Shown: piece by piece, positions 18,199 through 26,998 of the stretch | How positions within the stretch are numbered: the stretch's first letter is position 1 | Layout of the letters: the number at the start of each line of letters is the position of its first letter | NCBI GenBank assembly: GCA_964368835.1 | Contig: CAYJCZ010000003.1 | Coordinates: 64,153-128,152, forward strand | Origin: an uncultured Candidatus Saccharibacteria bacterium | GTDB taxonomy: Bacteria; Patescibacteriota; Minisyncoccia; Phycocordibacterales; UBA6065 | Length of the DNA stretch: 64,000 nt | Direction: 5' to 3' | Position numbers and translations under genes: made by a program | The notes under the pieces: model-generated | Told to the model about the DNA's origin: nothing | Database searches by the model: none | The model's input: only the letters and a program-made list of their open reading frames with translations

Positions 18199-18306
18199 TA
18201 TGAAAATCAAAATGCCGAACCGCATGGATACTTATCGCGCCGTGCGCAAAGTGCTTCCACCGCCGTCAAAAGCTTTTGCCCCAAGCAAAGGCAGAGGCGG
18301 TTATGA
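18199..18306 (+). CDS. cargo ORF 3: very small basic protein (35 aa) directly after HHR6
   Basis: Strong SD AAAGGAGA 7 nt upstream. Reads MKIKMPNRMDTYRAVRKVLPPPSKAFAPSKGRGGL. A +1 frame continues to 18349, so a longer frameshifted form is possible. Confidence 0.3.
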   Translation, partial: YENQNAEPHGYLSRRAQSASTAVKSFCPKQRQRRL

Positions 18307-18368
18307 CCGCAAGCGCGAGAAACGCGATTCCAGAATGGGGTTCGAATGATTTACATCAATGCTCTTTT

Positions 18369-18417
18369 CTGTTTCGAGATGTGTATCTCGACTGATGAGT
18401 CCTAAAGGACGAAACAG
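18369..18417 (+). ncRNA. hammerhead ribozyme 7 (type III)
   Basis: cugu-U site, stem I ucgagau(gugu)aucucga, CUGAUGAG, stem II guccuaaaggac, CGAAAC. Confidence 0.85.
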
Positions 18418-18433
18418 ATGTTCTTTGAATATA

Positions 18434-18484
18434 TTGGTTTCGGAATAAAGTCCACTCGATGAGCTGACTTTATTCCGAAACCAA
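18434..18484 (+). repeat. module B hairpin, copy 3
   Basis: ttggtttcggaataaagtc ... gactttattccgaaaccaa, perfect 19 bp. Third covarying variant. Confidence 0.75.
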
Positions 18485-18563
18485 AGCCACTGATAAGTCC
18501 CTCTAGTTCCTATTTCATAGGGATAAGAGATGACACAGCTGTGCCAAGGGGAGGAATACCACC

Positions 18564-18869
18564 ATGAAGAAATTCATCCTGTCAGTGTTCGCCCTGTTGG
18601 CCTTCTCCGCGGCTCTGTTCGCCACCGATGACAAGAAGCCCTCCACGCCCTTAGGGTTCAAGGAGGCCGAGATCATCGGCACGGTCAAGGAGATCGTGGT
18701 CGTCAACGCCGATCGTAACCTCCAGTATTGGACGGTGAAGGTCGACGGCAAGGACGCGCCCTACCACCTCTTCACCGACGAAAAGGGCAAAGTCGGCGAG
18801 CGCATCGTCATTTACGTGATGGTGCGGGTAGGCGGCCAAGTGAGCTGGATCAAAGTGAGGCCCCTTTGA
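18564..18869 (+). CDS. cargo ORF 4: GC-rich small secreted protein (101 aa, signal peptide)
   Basis: GGGAGG SD. N-terminal MKKFILSVFALLAFSAALFA signal peptide. High GC. Confidence 0.55.
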   Translation: MKKFILSVFALLAFSAALFATDDKKPSTPLGFKEAEIIGTVKEIVVVNADRNLQYWTVKVDGKDAPYHLFTDEKGKVGERIVIYVMVRVGGQVSWIKVRPL

Positions 18870-19347
18870 TCAGTGAGTTGCGGAACTCAACAAAACCCGC
18901 TCTTGCATCCCGATCGATGCAAGTATATGTAATGTAGCTATTTCATCTGAATCAGATGGAATATCGGTCCCAAGCCCGCGTAAATACAGAGGGTCATTAT
19001 CCAAGCCCAGAAAGAGAGCTCCGCAAGGAGATGGGAAATGCTTGAGCGAATCCTGATCAGGTTTGCCATCGTGTTAGATCCAGCGGAATCTGGACGCGTT
19101 GTCACAACGACGCACGACTGAATCTGCTATTTCCAGCAGATAAGTTGTCGGCATTAAGATTGCCGAAAGTTCATGGCTGAACATTCATTGCTCTTTACAT
19201 CAAAACATCAAAACTTAGGCGCCGGGAGAATCGAGAAAATCTCCCTTGCCTGTCACGACTCGAATCACTCTTGTGTAAATCTAAGACAGTAGGCATCCTG
19301 AAAAGGAAGAAGCCCTACCGAGATTTATAAAGGAGGTTTAGAAGATA

Positions 19348-19380
19348 ATGACGAATGACCGTTCCAATCCTTGCACATAG
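19348..19380 (+). other. micro-ORF (10 aa) behind a perfect Shine-Dalgarno
   Basis: AAAGGAGG followed 8 nt later by ATGACGAATGACCGTTCCAATCCTTGCACATAG (MTNDRSNPCT). Confidence 0.2.
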
Positions 19381-19590
19381 TGCAGGCTACTGATTGATAA
19401 GCCCCGGGAGCATACGGAACGGTAAAAATGTTACGTTTTAAAACGACAATCCTACAACCAGCAAATTGGTTGGGTAACATCAAACATCTCGCCGGAGGGT
19501 TCGCCTAAAAAACGAACCCTCCCTTTATCAGGCTTGCGAATGGTTCGTCGGCCTGTAGAGACCGCTCTTTCACAACATATTAAGGAAATT

Positions 19591-19866
19591 ATGAACCTCA
19601 AGATATTCATTCCCGGAGATAGCCCTGTATCACGGGTGCTCCGTCAGACCTTGGATAAGAAGATCCAAGTTGAAAGTCAGGAAGAAGCGAGCGTGGTGAT
19701 CGCGCTTACTGTGGAGTCTCTGTTTGACCACTACCTGAAGTCAACTCCACCCACACAAGATTTCGTGCTCTTCAGCTTAGAGTACGTGGAAAAGCTTCCA
19801 GCGAGGGTAGTCTGGATCGAGGGAAGCCTCGTCCCGCTCCTTGCGTATCTTCAAACAAAAGTGTAA
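19591..19866 (+). CDS. cargo ORF 5: hypothetical protein (91 aa)
   Basis: AAGGAA SD before the internal ATG at 19591. The listed ORF start at 19534 has no SD. Confidence 0.45.
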   Translation: MNLKIFIPGDSPVSRVLRQTLDKKIQVESQEEASVVIALTVESLFDHYLKSTPPTQDFVLFSLEYVEKLPARVVWIEGSLVPLLAYLQTKV

Positions 19867-19915
19867 AAAACTTCGAGAGACAACTCGTAAAAACCCGAGA
19901 CTAAAGGCTCGGTAT

Positions 19916-19963
19916 CTGTAGCGAAGTGTAACTTCGCCTGATGAGTCCAAAAGGACGAAACAG
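19916..19963 (+). ncRNA. hammerhead ribozyme 8 (type III)
   Basis: cugu-A (GUA) site, stem I gcgaagu(guaa)cuucgc, CUGAUGAG, stem II guccaaaaggac, CGAAAC. Confidence 0.85.
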
Positions 19964-20012
19964 AATGTTCTTTAAATAATTTTTCTTCCCGCACTGTAAA
20001 CCAAATAGAAAA

Positions 20013-20195
20013 ATGAAAACAACTGCAATCATAGTCGGACTCGTGCTAGGCACCTGGGGATTAGTCGGCGGATACTTATTGATCCGTGATCGTCATAACA
20101 GCGTTGCCCCACGAACCATTGGTATCGTGAGTCTCGTTGGCATGATGAGTTCCGCGATCGTCTTGACGCTCGCAATCGCCACCATGGCAGAGTAA
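20013..20195 (+). CDS. cargo ORF 6: small membrane protein (60 aa, two TM segments)
   Basis: Hydrophobic ORF 50 nt after HHR8. Confidence 0.4.
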   Translation: MKTTAIIVGLVLGTWGLVGGYLLIRDRHNSVAPRTIGIVSLVGMMSSAIVLTLAIATMAE

Positions 20196-20228
20196 GACTA
20201 ATCGGTTCTAGGTTATCCTCAAAACCTA

Positions 20229-20277
20229 CTGTTTCGGAATGTGTATTCCGACTGATGAGCTCAAAAGAGCGAAACAG
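20229..20277 (+). ncRNA. hammerhead ribozyme 9 (type III)
   Basis: cugu-U site, stem I ucggaau(gugu)auuccga, CUGAUGAG, stem II gcucaaaagagc, CGAAAC. Followed by a 13 bp hairpin (20300-20347) and then the ORF. Confidence 0.85.
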
Positions 20278-20401
20278 AATGATCTTTAAAAAACTTCAAA
20301 CTTCGTCATAGCAGAAAGCGGCTACTCCTGGCCTCTCCCTGCTATGACGAAACCATTACGGCCAAGTCCTCTAGCGAAAACTAAATCAAGGATATAAACT
20401 C

Positions 20402-21199
20402 ATGAAAACTGAGGCAAAAACCATGACACCCGGCCAAGCTTTCCAGCTTATGGCTGTTATCGCTCAGAAACTCGGTAAAATCGGTCTCGACTTCGATTCG
20501 GCAGAAATGCTCATTGGCAAACCAGACCTTACTCTTAAGCGCTTACGAGCACTTAAGAGTGAAAAGATAGTGAATCCTGCTAATGTGGCCACCAATCGGT
20601 TTACAGTGATCGAAAGTTTGGAAATTGAAAATTTGCCAAACTGCACTTCAATGGATCAGGTTCTCGATTATCTGTTACTCGACAAGCAAATTGAAAAATA
20701 TTTGAAGTCGCCTGAATATGATTCGATGAAATACAATGACCACCATAGCTATTGTGCAAGGGATAAATCCCTTTTCAAAAGCACAACGGTGAATCAGCCA
20801 ATGTATCCTCTTCCTATCTTCAGAGAGGCTCTCGATTACTGTGGGCCAGATAATGGGATTTGGGAACTTCTGTATCGTCGTAAGGCACTTTTTACGATCG
20901 ATGAAGTCTTAGGTTTTCTCTGTGGATTAATAAACACAGGTGAAGATCCATTAGGATTGCTGGAATCGGGTTACAGCACGGTTTGGTTTCCTGTTGTTCT
21001 TCATCGTCCAGGAGAATTCTGGGATATCAAGACCGAAGCCGTTACTCTCGTAAGGATTAGTAAAGGCGAGTTGTTGAAAAAACAACTCACCTGGCATGTC
21101 GGATTTTACGGCGTGCACAATGTGATCTCCATACGAGAAGGGGTCTCTCAAATTGTTTATTTTGCAAATGATCCGCGCATTCGCTCGCGTCAGGAGTAA
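20402..21199 (+). CDS. cargo ORF 7: hypothetical protein (265 aa)
   Basis: AAGGA SD. No recognisable domain. Confidence 0.6.
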   Translation: MKTEAKTMTPGQAFQLMAVIAQKLGKIGLDFDSAEMLIGKPDLTLKRLRALKSEKIVNPANVATNRFTVIESLEIENLPNCTSMDQVLDYLLLDKQIEKYLKSPEYDSMKYNDHHSYCARDKSLFKSTTVNQPMYPLPIFREALDYCGPDNGIWELLYRRKALFTIDEVLGFLCGLINTGEDPLGLLESGYSTVWFPVVLHRPGEFWDIKTEAVTLVRISKGELLKKQLTWHVGFYGVHNVISIREGVSQIVYFANDPRIRSRQE

Positions 21200-21212
21200 A
21201 ATAACCTCGAAA

Positions 21213-21239
21213 CCGTGTCTCACAAACACGGTTTTTTTA
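21213..21239 (+). terminator. rho-independent terminator closing the hammerhead operon
   Basis: aaaccgtgtctcacaaacacggttttttt. Confidence 0.8.
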
Positions 21240-21258
21240 TTGGTATACTTTAGATATG
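21228..21258 (+). promoter_or_regulatory. second copy of the extended -10 leaderless promoter (tttttattgGTATACTttagatATG)
   Basis: Identical at 23 of 24 nt to 10950-10979. Placed immediately before the NUDIX gene ATG. Confidence 0.55.
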
Positions 21259-21702
21259 GATAAGTTACTAAATACTCGAATTCGAGCAGTTGCAATTGTC
21301 ATCAAAGATGACTCTGTTTTGCTTATGCATAGAATTAATAAAGATCGAGGTGAATATTGGACATTCATTGGCGGTGGAGTCGAGGAAGGTGAATCTGTCG
21401 AAGATGCTGTAATACGAGAGTTGTATGAAGAGGCTTCGTTAAAGGCTTCAATAAATAAATTATTTACCATTATTAAAAACGATGGGTCCGCAAGATATCA
21501 CCATACTGCGGAGCATCACTTTTATTTGTGTGACTATATTTCAGGAACACCTAAATTTGGAAATGGGCCAGAGCACATGACGGCTGACAATATCTACGAT
21601 CCTCAGTGGGTAAATATTGATATGTTTAAAAAGTTAAATCTTTACACAGAGGAAGTAAAAAATAAGTTAATTGATTATCTTGAAAATAAAAAAGATAGAT
21701 AA
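21256..21702 (+). CDS. NUDIX hydrolase
   Basis: Nudix box GGGVEEGESVEDAVIRELYEEAS. Confidence 0.8.
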   Translation: MDKLLNTRIRAVAIVIKDDSVLLMHRINKDRGEYWTFIGGGVEEGESVEDAVIRELYEEASLKASINKLFTIIKNDGSARYHHTAEHHFYLCDYISGTPKFGNGPEHMTADNIYDPQWVNIDMFKKLNLYTEEVKNKLIDYLENKKDR

Positions 21703-21705
21703 TGT

Positions 21706-22689
21706 ATGCAAGAGCTTTTAACAAAAATTAATGAGTTATACGGGAAAATAGTTACTAATCCTCAAAAAGTCACAGGAGGATTTTTGAGCGAGAACTATTT
21801 TCTAGAAGAAGGTGATAAGAGATACTTTCTCAAAAAATATAGATTCAATAACGCCAAGAGGATTGAAGAGGTTCACGCATCTAAAAAATACTTTTCTGAC
21901 GGAGGTATTCCCGTAATTCTACCCATTCCTCTTTTAAACGGTAAGACCTATTTTTCTTATAATGAAGGTTATTATGCACTCTTTCCATTTATTGATGGTA
22001 GACAAGTAGATAGGGGTAATATGAACCATGCTGAAATTATTTCCCTCGGTGAGATGTTGGGAAGAATTCATTTACTCGGTAAGGTGGCAAAAGTGGCAAA
22101 TGAAGATCGTTTTAAAATTGAAAATAAAGAAAAGACGTTTAAAAAGATAGAGGATATTCTAATCGAAATACACAATAAAGACACTTTGAGTAATTTTGAT
22201 AAAACAGCTGTTGAAAACATTGAACTCAAGAAACAACTCCTTTTATCTAACACATTAACTTTTGAGAATCTTAATTTACCTTGTGATCATTTAATACATG
22301 GTGACTATCTTGATCATAATGTGTTTTTTGATAATCAGCATAAAGTTTTTGCTGTCTTTGACTTTGAAAAGACGAGCTACTCACCTAGAACATATGAACT
22401 GTTCAGGTCTATGATCTACGGAATGATTAGTGATGATTTTTCAGAAAAAAGCTTGGGTGACGCAAAAATATATCTTGATGCGTATGTCCGTATTTATACT
22501 ATATCAAAAGATGAGATTAAAAGAGGTTTACAGTTATTCCTACTCAAATCTATTCATGGATTTTGGGTTGAAAGTGAACATTATCTAAAAAACAATAACC
22601 GAGTAGATGAATTCTTGTTTAACGATTTAAAGAAGATTAAATACTTATCAAAGAATCTAGAAAAGTTTACTAAATTTCTTACAGGGTAA
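21706..22689 (+). CDS. APH/choline-kinase-like phosphotransferase
   Basis: Catalytic loop LIHGDYLDHNVFFD (HGDxxxxN) and a DFE metal-binding motif. 327 aa. Confidence 0.8.
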   Translation: MQELLTKINELYGKIVTNPQKVTGGFLSENYFLEEGDKRYFLKKYRFNNAKRIEEVHASKKYFSDGGIPVILPIPLLNGKTYFSYNEGYYALFPFIDGRQVDRGNMNHAEIISLGEMLGRIHLLGKVAKVANEDRFKIENKEKTFKKIEDILIEIHNKDTLSNFDKTAVENIELKKQLLLSNTLTFENLNLPCDHLIHGDYLDHNVFFDNQHKVFAVFDFEKTSYSPRTYELFRSMIYGMISDDFSEKSLGDAKIYLDAYVRIYTISKDEIKRGLQLFLLKSIHGFWVESEHYLKNNNRVDEFLFNDLKKIKYLSKNLEKFTKFLTG

Positions 22690-22716
22690 AGGTTTAAATA
22701 TAATTATTATTAGTAT

Positions 22717-24012
22717 CTAGCTGATATCATCTTTAAGAAAAATCTGTTTTTCTTTTAGAGTTATTTTACTTTTCAGACACCCCAACAGCTCCCTCTTTTC
22801 TGAATCATTTCCTTCTCTCAACACAAATTTTGTGTAATTTCGTATATCAATATCACCAACTACGATTTTTTCTTTGATGCCGAGCACCATTCGCTGAAAA
22901 CTTTTGAATCGTTCAACCTCAGTCTTAATCTGATCTTTTATACCTATCTCATCTAGGTCTATTGCATCCATTAATTTCTCAAACTGTTTGATTAGATCTT
23001 CCTCATTGATATATCCGCACTTGCATTTCTTATCCCTGACTTTTGTACATATGTAATAAACATGTCTATTCATAGTACCGTCTCTCAATTTCTTAAATTT
23101 CTCGTCAGCGGTTATCCCTGAACCACACAATCCACAAGTCATTAGTTTGGTAAAGGCGAATTCTTTATTTTCCGTCCTCACAAAAAGACTTTTTACCTGC
23201 TGTTGTGCCAGATCAAACAATTCTTTATTTATTAGAGGAATATGCTTGCCTGTATACCAATTACCGCTCTTCACTGGGTACTCAAAGACTCCGTAGTAAA
23301 AAGGGTTCTGTAGTATTAGGTATACATTTCCTAAAGTCAGACCTTTCTTACCTGTAATGCTCTTAAAATTCAAATCGAATTTCAACCAGTGATATATTTT
23401 GTTACCGCTCCATTTTTCATAAGCAACTTTTTCAAATATTTTTCTAATAACTGGACCTCGTTCGGGATCAACAATCGCCTGACACTTCCTATCCATATGT
23501 CTTTCGTTGAGATACCCCACAGGAGGTTGTCCTGGCCGTAGTCCCATTTCACACCTTGTCCTCAAACCACGCTTCACATTGATACTCTTGTTGTCATTTT
23601 CAAGTTTGGCTTGCGAACAAAGAATCATGAGGAGGAACTTCTCGTTTGGTGAGTTCCTAAATTGTTGTCCGTAGGTTTTGATCTCAATAAGGTGTTTTTG
23701 ATCCATTAAATCAACTACAGATCCTAGATCTCCAGCATTACGACTCAACCTATCGGGTGCCCATGTGAGGATTCCATTAAATTTATCTCCTCTTATATCC
23801 TCTAATATTTCTTTAAATACTGGTCGTTGCCCAGAATCTTTGGCCGAATGAGATTCTCTCCGAATATCAATAACTTCAAGTTGATCACGCTCGGCAATTT
23901 TCAGCATTTCCTTAACCTGTGATTCTATTGATAAGGCTTGTTTCTCGTCTTGCTCAGTACTCTTTCTTGCGTATAGACAATATCGCACCTTGATCGTTGG
24001 AATCACAGCCAT
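22717..24012 (-). CDS. large serine recombinase (resolvase domain, recombinase domain and zinc ribbon)
   Basis: Catalytic region YARKSTEQDEKQALSIESQ; C-terminal CxxC...CxC zinc ribbon. Start set at Met33 (24012). In-frame alternatives at 24045 and 24108. Confidence 0.85.
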   Translation of the reverse strand: MAVIPTIKVRYCLYARKSTEQDEKQALSIESQVKEMLKIAERDQLEVIDIRRESHSAKDSGQRPVFKEILEDIRGDKFNGILTWAPDRLSRNAGDLGSVVDLMDQKHLIEIKTYGQQFRNSPNEKFLLMILCSQAKLENDNKSINVKRGLRTRCEMGLRPGQPPVGYLNERHMDRKCQAIVDPERGPVIRKIFEKVAYEKWSGNKIYHWLKFDLNFKSITGKKGLTLGNVYLILQNPFYYGVFEYPVKSGNWYTGKHIPLINKELFDLAQQQVKSLFVRTENKEFAFTKLMTCGLCGSGITADEKFKKLRDGTMNRHVYYICTKVRDKKCKCGYINEEDLIKQFEKLMDAIDLDEIGIKDQIKTEVERFKSFQRMVLGIKEKIVVGDIDIRNYTKFVLREGNDSEKRELLGCLKSKITLKEKQIFLKDDIS

Positions 24013-24228
24013 TTTGCCTATAAGGGCTGTCGTTTGTGTTTCCATACGACCATTAATGACAGAACCGTTGGTTTTGCTAAGCGAGTGATGTTGGCAACGT
24101 GTAGACAACTATCCTTAGCAAAATAGCTAATCAGCGATACTATGTTGGACTGGTAACGGTTTTGGCGTTATCATAATCCATGACAATTCAATAGGTAAAG
24201 TAGCCTAACCCATCGAGCAATCGGTGGC

Positions 24229-25107
24229 ATGGTGAAAGTTAGTCGATCAAGCATAAAAAACCCGTCATGGGGTTGCTTGATCGCCGTATGGGGAAACCTG
24301 TACGAGGGACTTCGGTTCCTACCCGTGGCGGGCTTTTTGTTCGCCGCACATTACAAGCCGATCAAGCAAAATATGCACATTGTTTTTATCTTACTTTCCT
24401 TTTTGGCATTTCTAGGATTTTTTGCAGGACTCATTAAACCTTCGTGGTTTAAGATGAAATCCCGCAGACAATCATCAGGAGTGTTTGCCGGAACTTTCGT
24501 CCTTCTTATGATCCTTACGATCATCGCTTCTCCGGCAGAAGAAGTGCCTCCATCTGTTGTCGTTCAGTCAACTGCGCCAGCAGTAGCTCAACCTGTCGTA
24601 GCGACGGAGCCAGTTCAGCCGCCAAAGCCAAAAACCCGAGAAGAGCTCATTACGCAAAAGATAGAAGCTTCACTTGGGGCTACGACCAACACAAGCAAAC
24701 CGCGCGTAGTTTCCGTCGAACTCACAGCCTACAAATCATCTGAATTGAGTACTTATGGATATGCCTCGACCAATACCGTCCAAGGCGCATTCATCAAGAC
24801 AAATGCGAGCGAGAATCTCACATCGAATCTCCAGAAGATGACCTTGCATAAAGAAGCGGCAAAAATATTTCAAGACACTTTCTCATCTTTCTCACAGATT
24901 GGTGATGTGATTATTTGGGAAAGACTGCCCGTGAGCGACCAATATGGAAATCAAAAGGATGATACGGCGATTGTATATGCTATGAGCCGATCATTGTATG
25001 ACAAAATTAACTGGGCAAGCTTCTCATACACAACCTTGCCAGATCTCCTGAAGTCAGAGGGTCATACCGATGACCGAAATTCGTATTACGAAGCGATCCG
25101 ATTCTAG
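24229..25107 (+). CDS. membrane-anchored hypothetical protein
   Basis: 292 aa with TM helices near the N-terminus (a possible internal start at 24373), then a Pro/Thr/Val-rich linker and a C-terminal domain. Confidence 0.5.
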   Translation: MVKVSRSSIKNPSWGCLIAVWGNLYEGLRFLPVAGFLFAAHYKPIKQNMHIVFILLSFLAFLGFFAGLIKPSWFKMKSRRQSSGVFAGTFVLLMILTIIASPAEEVPPSVVVQSTAPAVAQPVVATEPVQPPKPKTREELITQKIEASLGATTNTSKPRVVSVELTAYKSSELSTYGYASTNTVQGAFIKTNASENLTSNLQKMTLHKEAAKIFQDTFSSFSQIGDVIIWERLPVSDQYGNQKDDTAIVYAMSRSLYDKINWASFSYTTLPDLLKSEGHTDDRNSYYEAIRF

Positions 25108-26574
25108 TCAGACAAAATAAATCATTGGCGATACTCGTGATTGTTGCAGGGCTTCAAGCGATCCCATATACATCATCACGAAAGCGTCAGCTAGATCATC
25201 GTGTGATTCTCGGCCTTGGCCTGTAAGTTGAGCTATAAGTTGTTTAGCTCCTTTCTTTGGGAATAAGATAATGCCGTCAATGATGCTTGGTGCAGTAAGT
25301 GTTACCCTCGACTTCTTATCCGTCGTGTTCTTTATAGGCACCACGTCCAAGCCTCCTCTCGACAGGAATTCAGCATAGATCTCCTGAAATCCGTTCGTTT
25401 CAATAGCTACTTTCGGATTCGCGTAGCATCCGCTGAAGTGAAGCTGTTTTGCTTTCTTGTTTATAGCGTTGATGGTCTCATGGAAGTGCATACGCTCATT
25501 GACTATGTTCGGAACCACAAGAATTCTGTTTTCTCCTTTGTAATCACAGATTACTCCTGTCACAAGAGCGGTATAGTCGGCACTATCCTTTTGAGAGATA
25601 GCCAAATCAACACCGATAAACGCTCCGTATGTCGAAAATTCTCGCATGTCGTCGAGACTTTCGCAGTCATGGTACTTAATCCACTCGGGATGTACCGCTC
25701 TACTGCTATCAGAGATTATCTTCAAGAGATATTCTTGTTGCCAAGCTATTTCATTAGCCACGCTCTGCCGCAGAGTTTCGATTTTTTCTTTCGTATCGAA
25801 CTTTCCGGGCCATAAGCATTCGCCGCTATCTGTCACTAGGGGAAACCACTTGAATATTCCCTTAAGCTCGTTGTCTTCTATGCGCCTCCGAAGCCTCATG
25901 ATAAGCGAATCTTCATGTAGGAGGTTTCCAACAATGATTATCCGAGTTCCCAAATCGCCGAGAGGTACTATCTCGCGAGTGAACCAGTCGAATATCTTGT
26001 TCCTACCCTCCATGGTCTTTGTTGAGCTGAGATCCTCCACATCATCGAGGATGATGAGATCGGGTCTATTCTCGTGATGTCGGATTCCTCGGATGCTCTG
26101 GTCTATCGAGGCAATCGTGATTCGGGAGTTCGTATTACTGAATATGAGCGAGTGCGCACCCCATTCTCCCGATTCTTCCTGAAAGGGGCCTAGATCGCCC
26201 TTTAAGAGTCTATTTGTCTCCAATTCATATCGGAGGTTAGCCATGTGCTGTTTAGCCTGCGCTTGGGTCTGACAGATAATGAGAACGAATCTCTTTTTCT
26301 GCACACCGAGGATAGACCAGATCGCATAGGAGAATGTAATCAAGGTAGATTTTCCAGAGCCACGAAACGCAACAATACACGCAAGCTTATTCGACTGATC
26401 TTCGGTGATTCGGAAAATGTCTTTGTGGAATTCAGCGACGGAATATTTGACGTAATGCGGGAAATAGACGAGAAAGAACATCATATGGCTTTGCCTTGTG
26501 ATTTCGGATCGAATGATTCGGTCATGCAGGATTTTCTGCATTAATTCTTCGGAGATTGTGTTATTTTCCATCAT
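25108..26574 (-). CDS. phage terminase large subunit
   Basis: 488 aa. Walker A AFRGSGKST in the ATPase domain, followed by an RNase H-like nuclease domain layout. Confidence 0.8.
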   Translation of the reverse strand: MMENNTISEELMQKILHDRIIRSEITRQSHMMFFLVYFPHYVKYSVAEFHKDIFRITEDQSNKLACIVAFRGSGKSTLITFSYAIWSILGVQKKRFVLIICQTQAQAKQHMANLRYELETNRLLKGDLGPFQEESGEWGAHSLIFSNTNSRITIASIDQSIRGIRHHENRPDLIILDDVEDLSSTKTMEGRNKIFDWFTREIVPLGDLGTRIIIVGNLLHEDSLIMRLRRRIEDNELKGIFKWFPLVTDSGECLWPGKFDTKEKIETLRQSVANEIAWQQEYLLKIISDSSRAVHPEWIKYHDCESLDDMREFSTYGAFIGVDLAISQKDSADYTALVTGVICDYKGENRILVVPNIVNERMHFHETINAINKKAKQLHFSGCYANPKVAIETNGFQEIYAEFLSRGGLDVVPIKNTTDKKSRVTLTAPSIIDGIILFPKKGAKQLIAQLTGQGRESHDDLADAFVMMYMGSLEALQQSRVSPMIYFV

Positions 26575-26998
26575 CGTTTTTCTTAAGGTATATCTCCTGG
26601 ATCTTTTGTTCCGTTTCTTCCTTAGGTATATCCAAGGAAGCGAGGCGTAAAGCTTCGCGGATTACAACCTCTTGTTCTGGAGTTACTTTGTCCTGTTTGA
26701 TCTCGGTAGTCACATGAAGACTGTCCTTATACTTCGGATTCCTATGTCGCAACCAAAAGCTGATTGCCGACCAATTCTTTTCTTGGATGAGAGAAAGGAG
26801 CTGGCTTTCGCTCATATCGTTTACGAATGCTTCACCATCAGTCATTGCCTCATCCATAGCTTTCTTAAATTCCTCATCTTCTTTTCGCCACCTATACACA
26901 CTATTGCGAGAAATGGCAGACTTTTCACACGCTACTTGAACGATAGGAATACGCCGAAGCTCGGCAAGGAACTGATCCCTCTTTTTATCTTTCTTCAT
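26561..26998 (-). CDS. HTH protein, possibly a terminase small subunit or phage regulator
   Basis: 145 aa. HTH-like QVACEKSAISRNSVYRWRK. Position immediately upstream of the terminase large subunit. Confidence 0.45.
   Translation of the reverse strand: MKKDKKRDQFLAELRRIPIVQVACEKSAISRNSVYRWRKEDEEFKKAMDEAMTDGEAFVNDMSESQLLSLIQEKNWSAISFWLRHRNPKYKDSLHVTTEIKQDKVTPEQEVVIREALRLASLDIPKEETEQKIQEIYLKKNDDGK

Noticed and set aside
18450-18475. A tcgATGAGctgacuuuauuCCGAAAC segment inside the module B3 hairpin loop that superficially resembles a hammerhead core
   Set aside because: It lacks the CUGA of the core (it has UCGAUGAG), and the flanks form the long B hairpin, not stems I and III.
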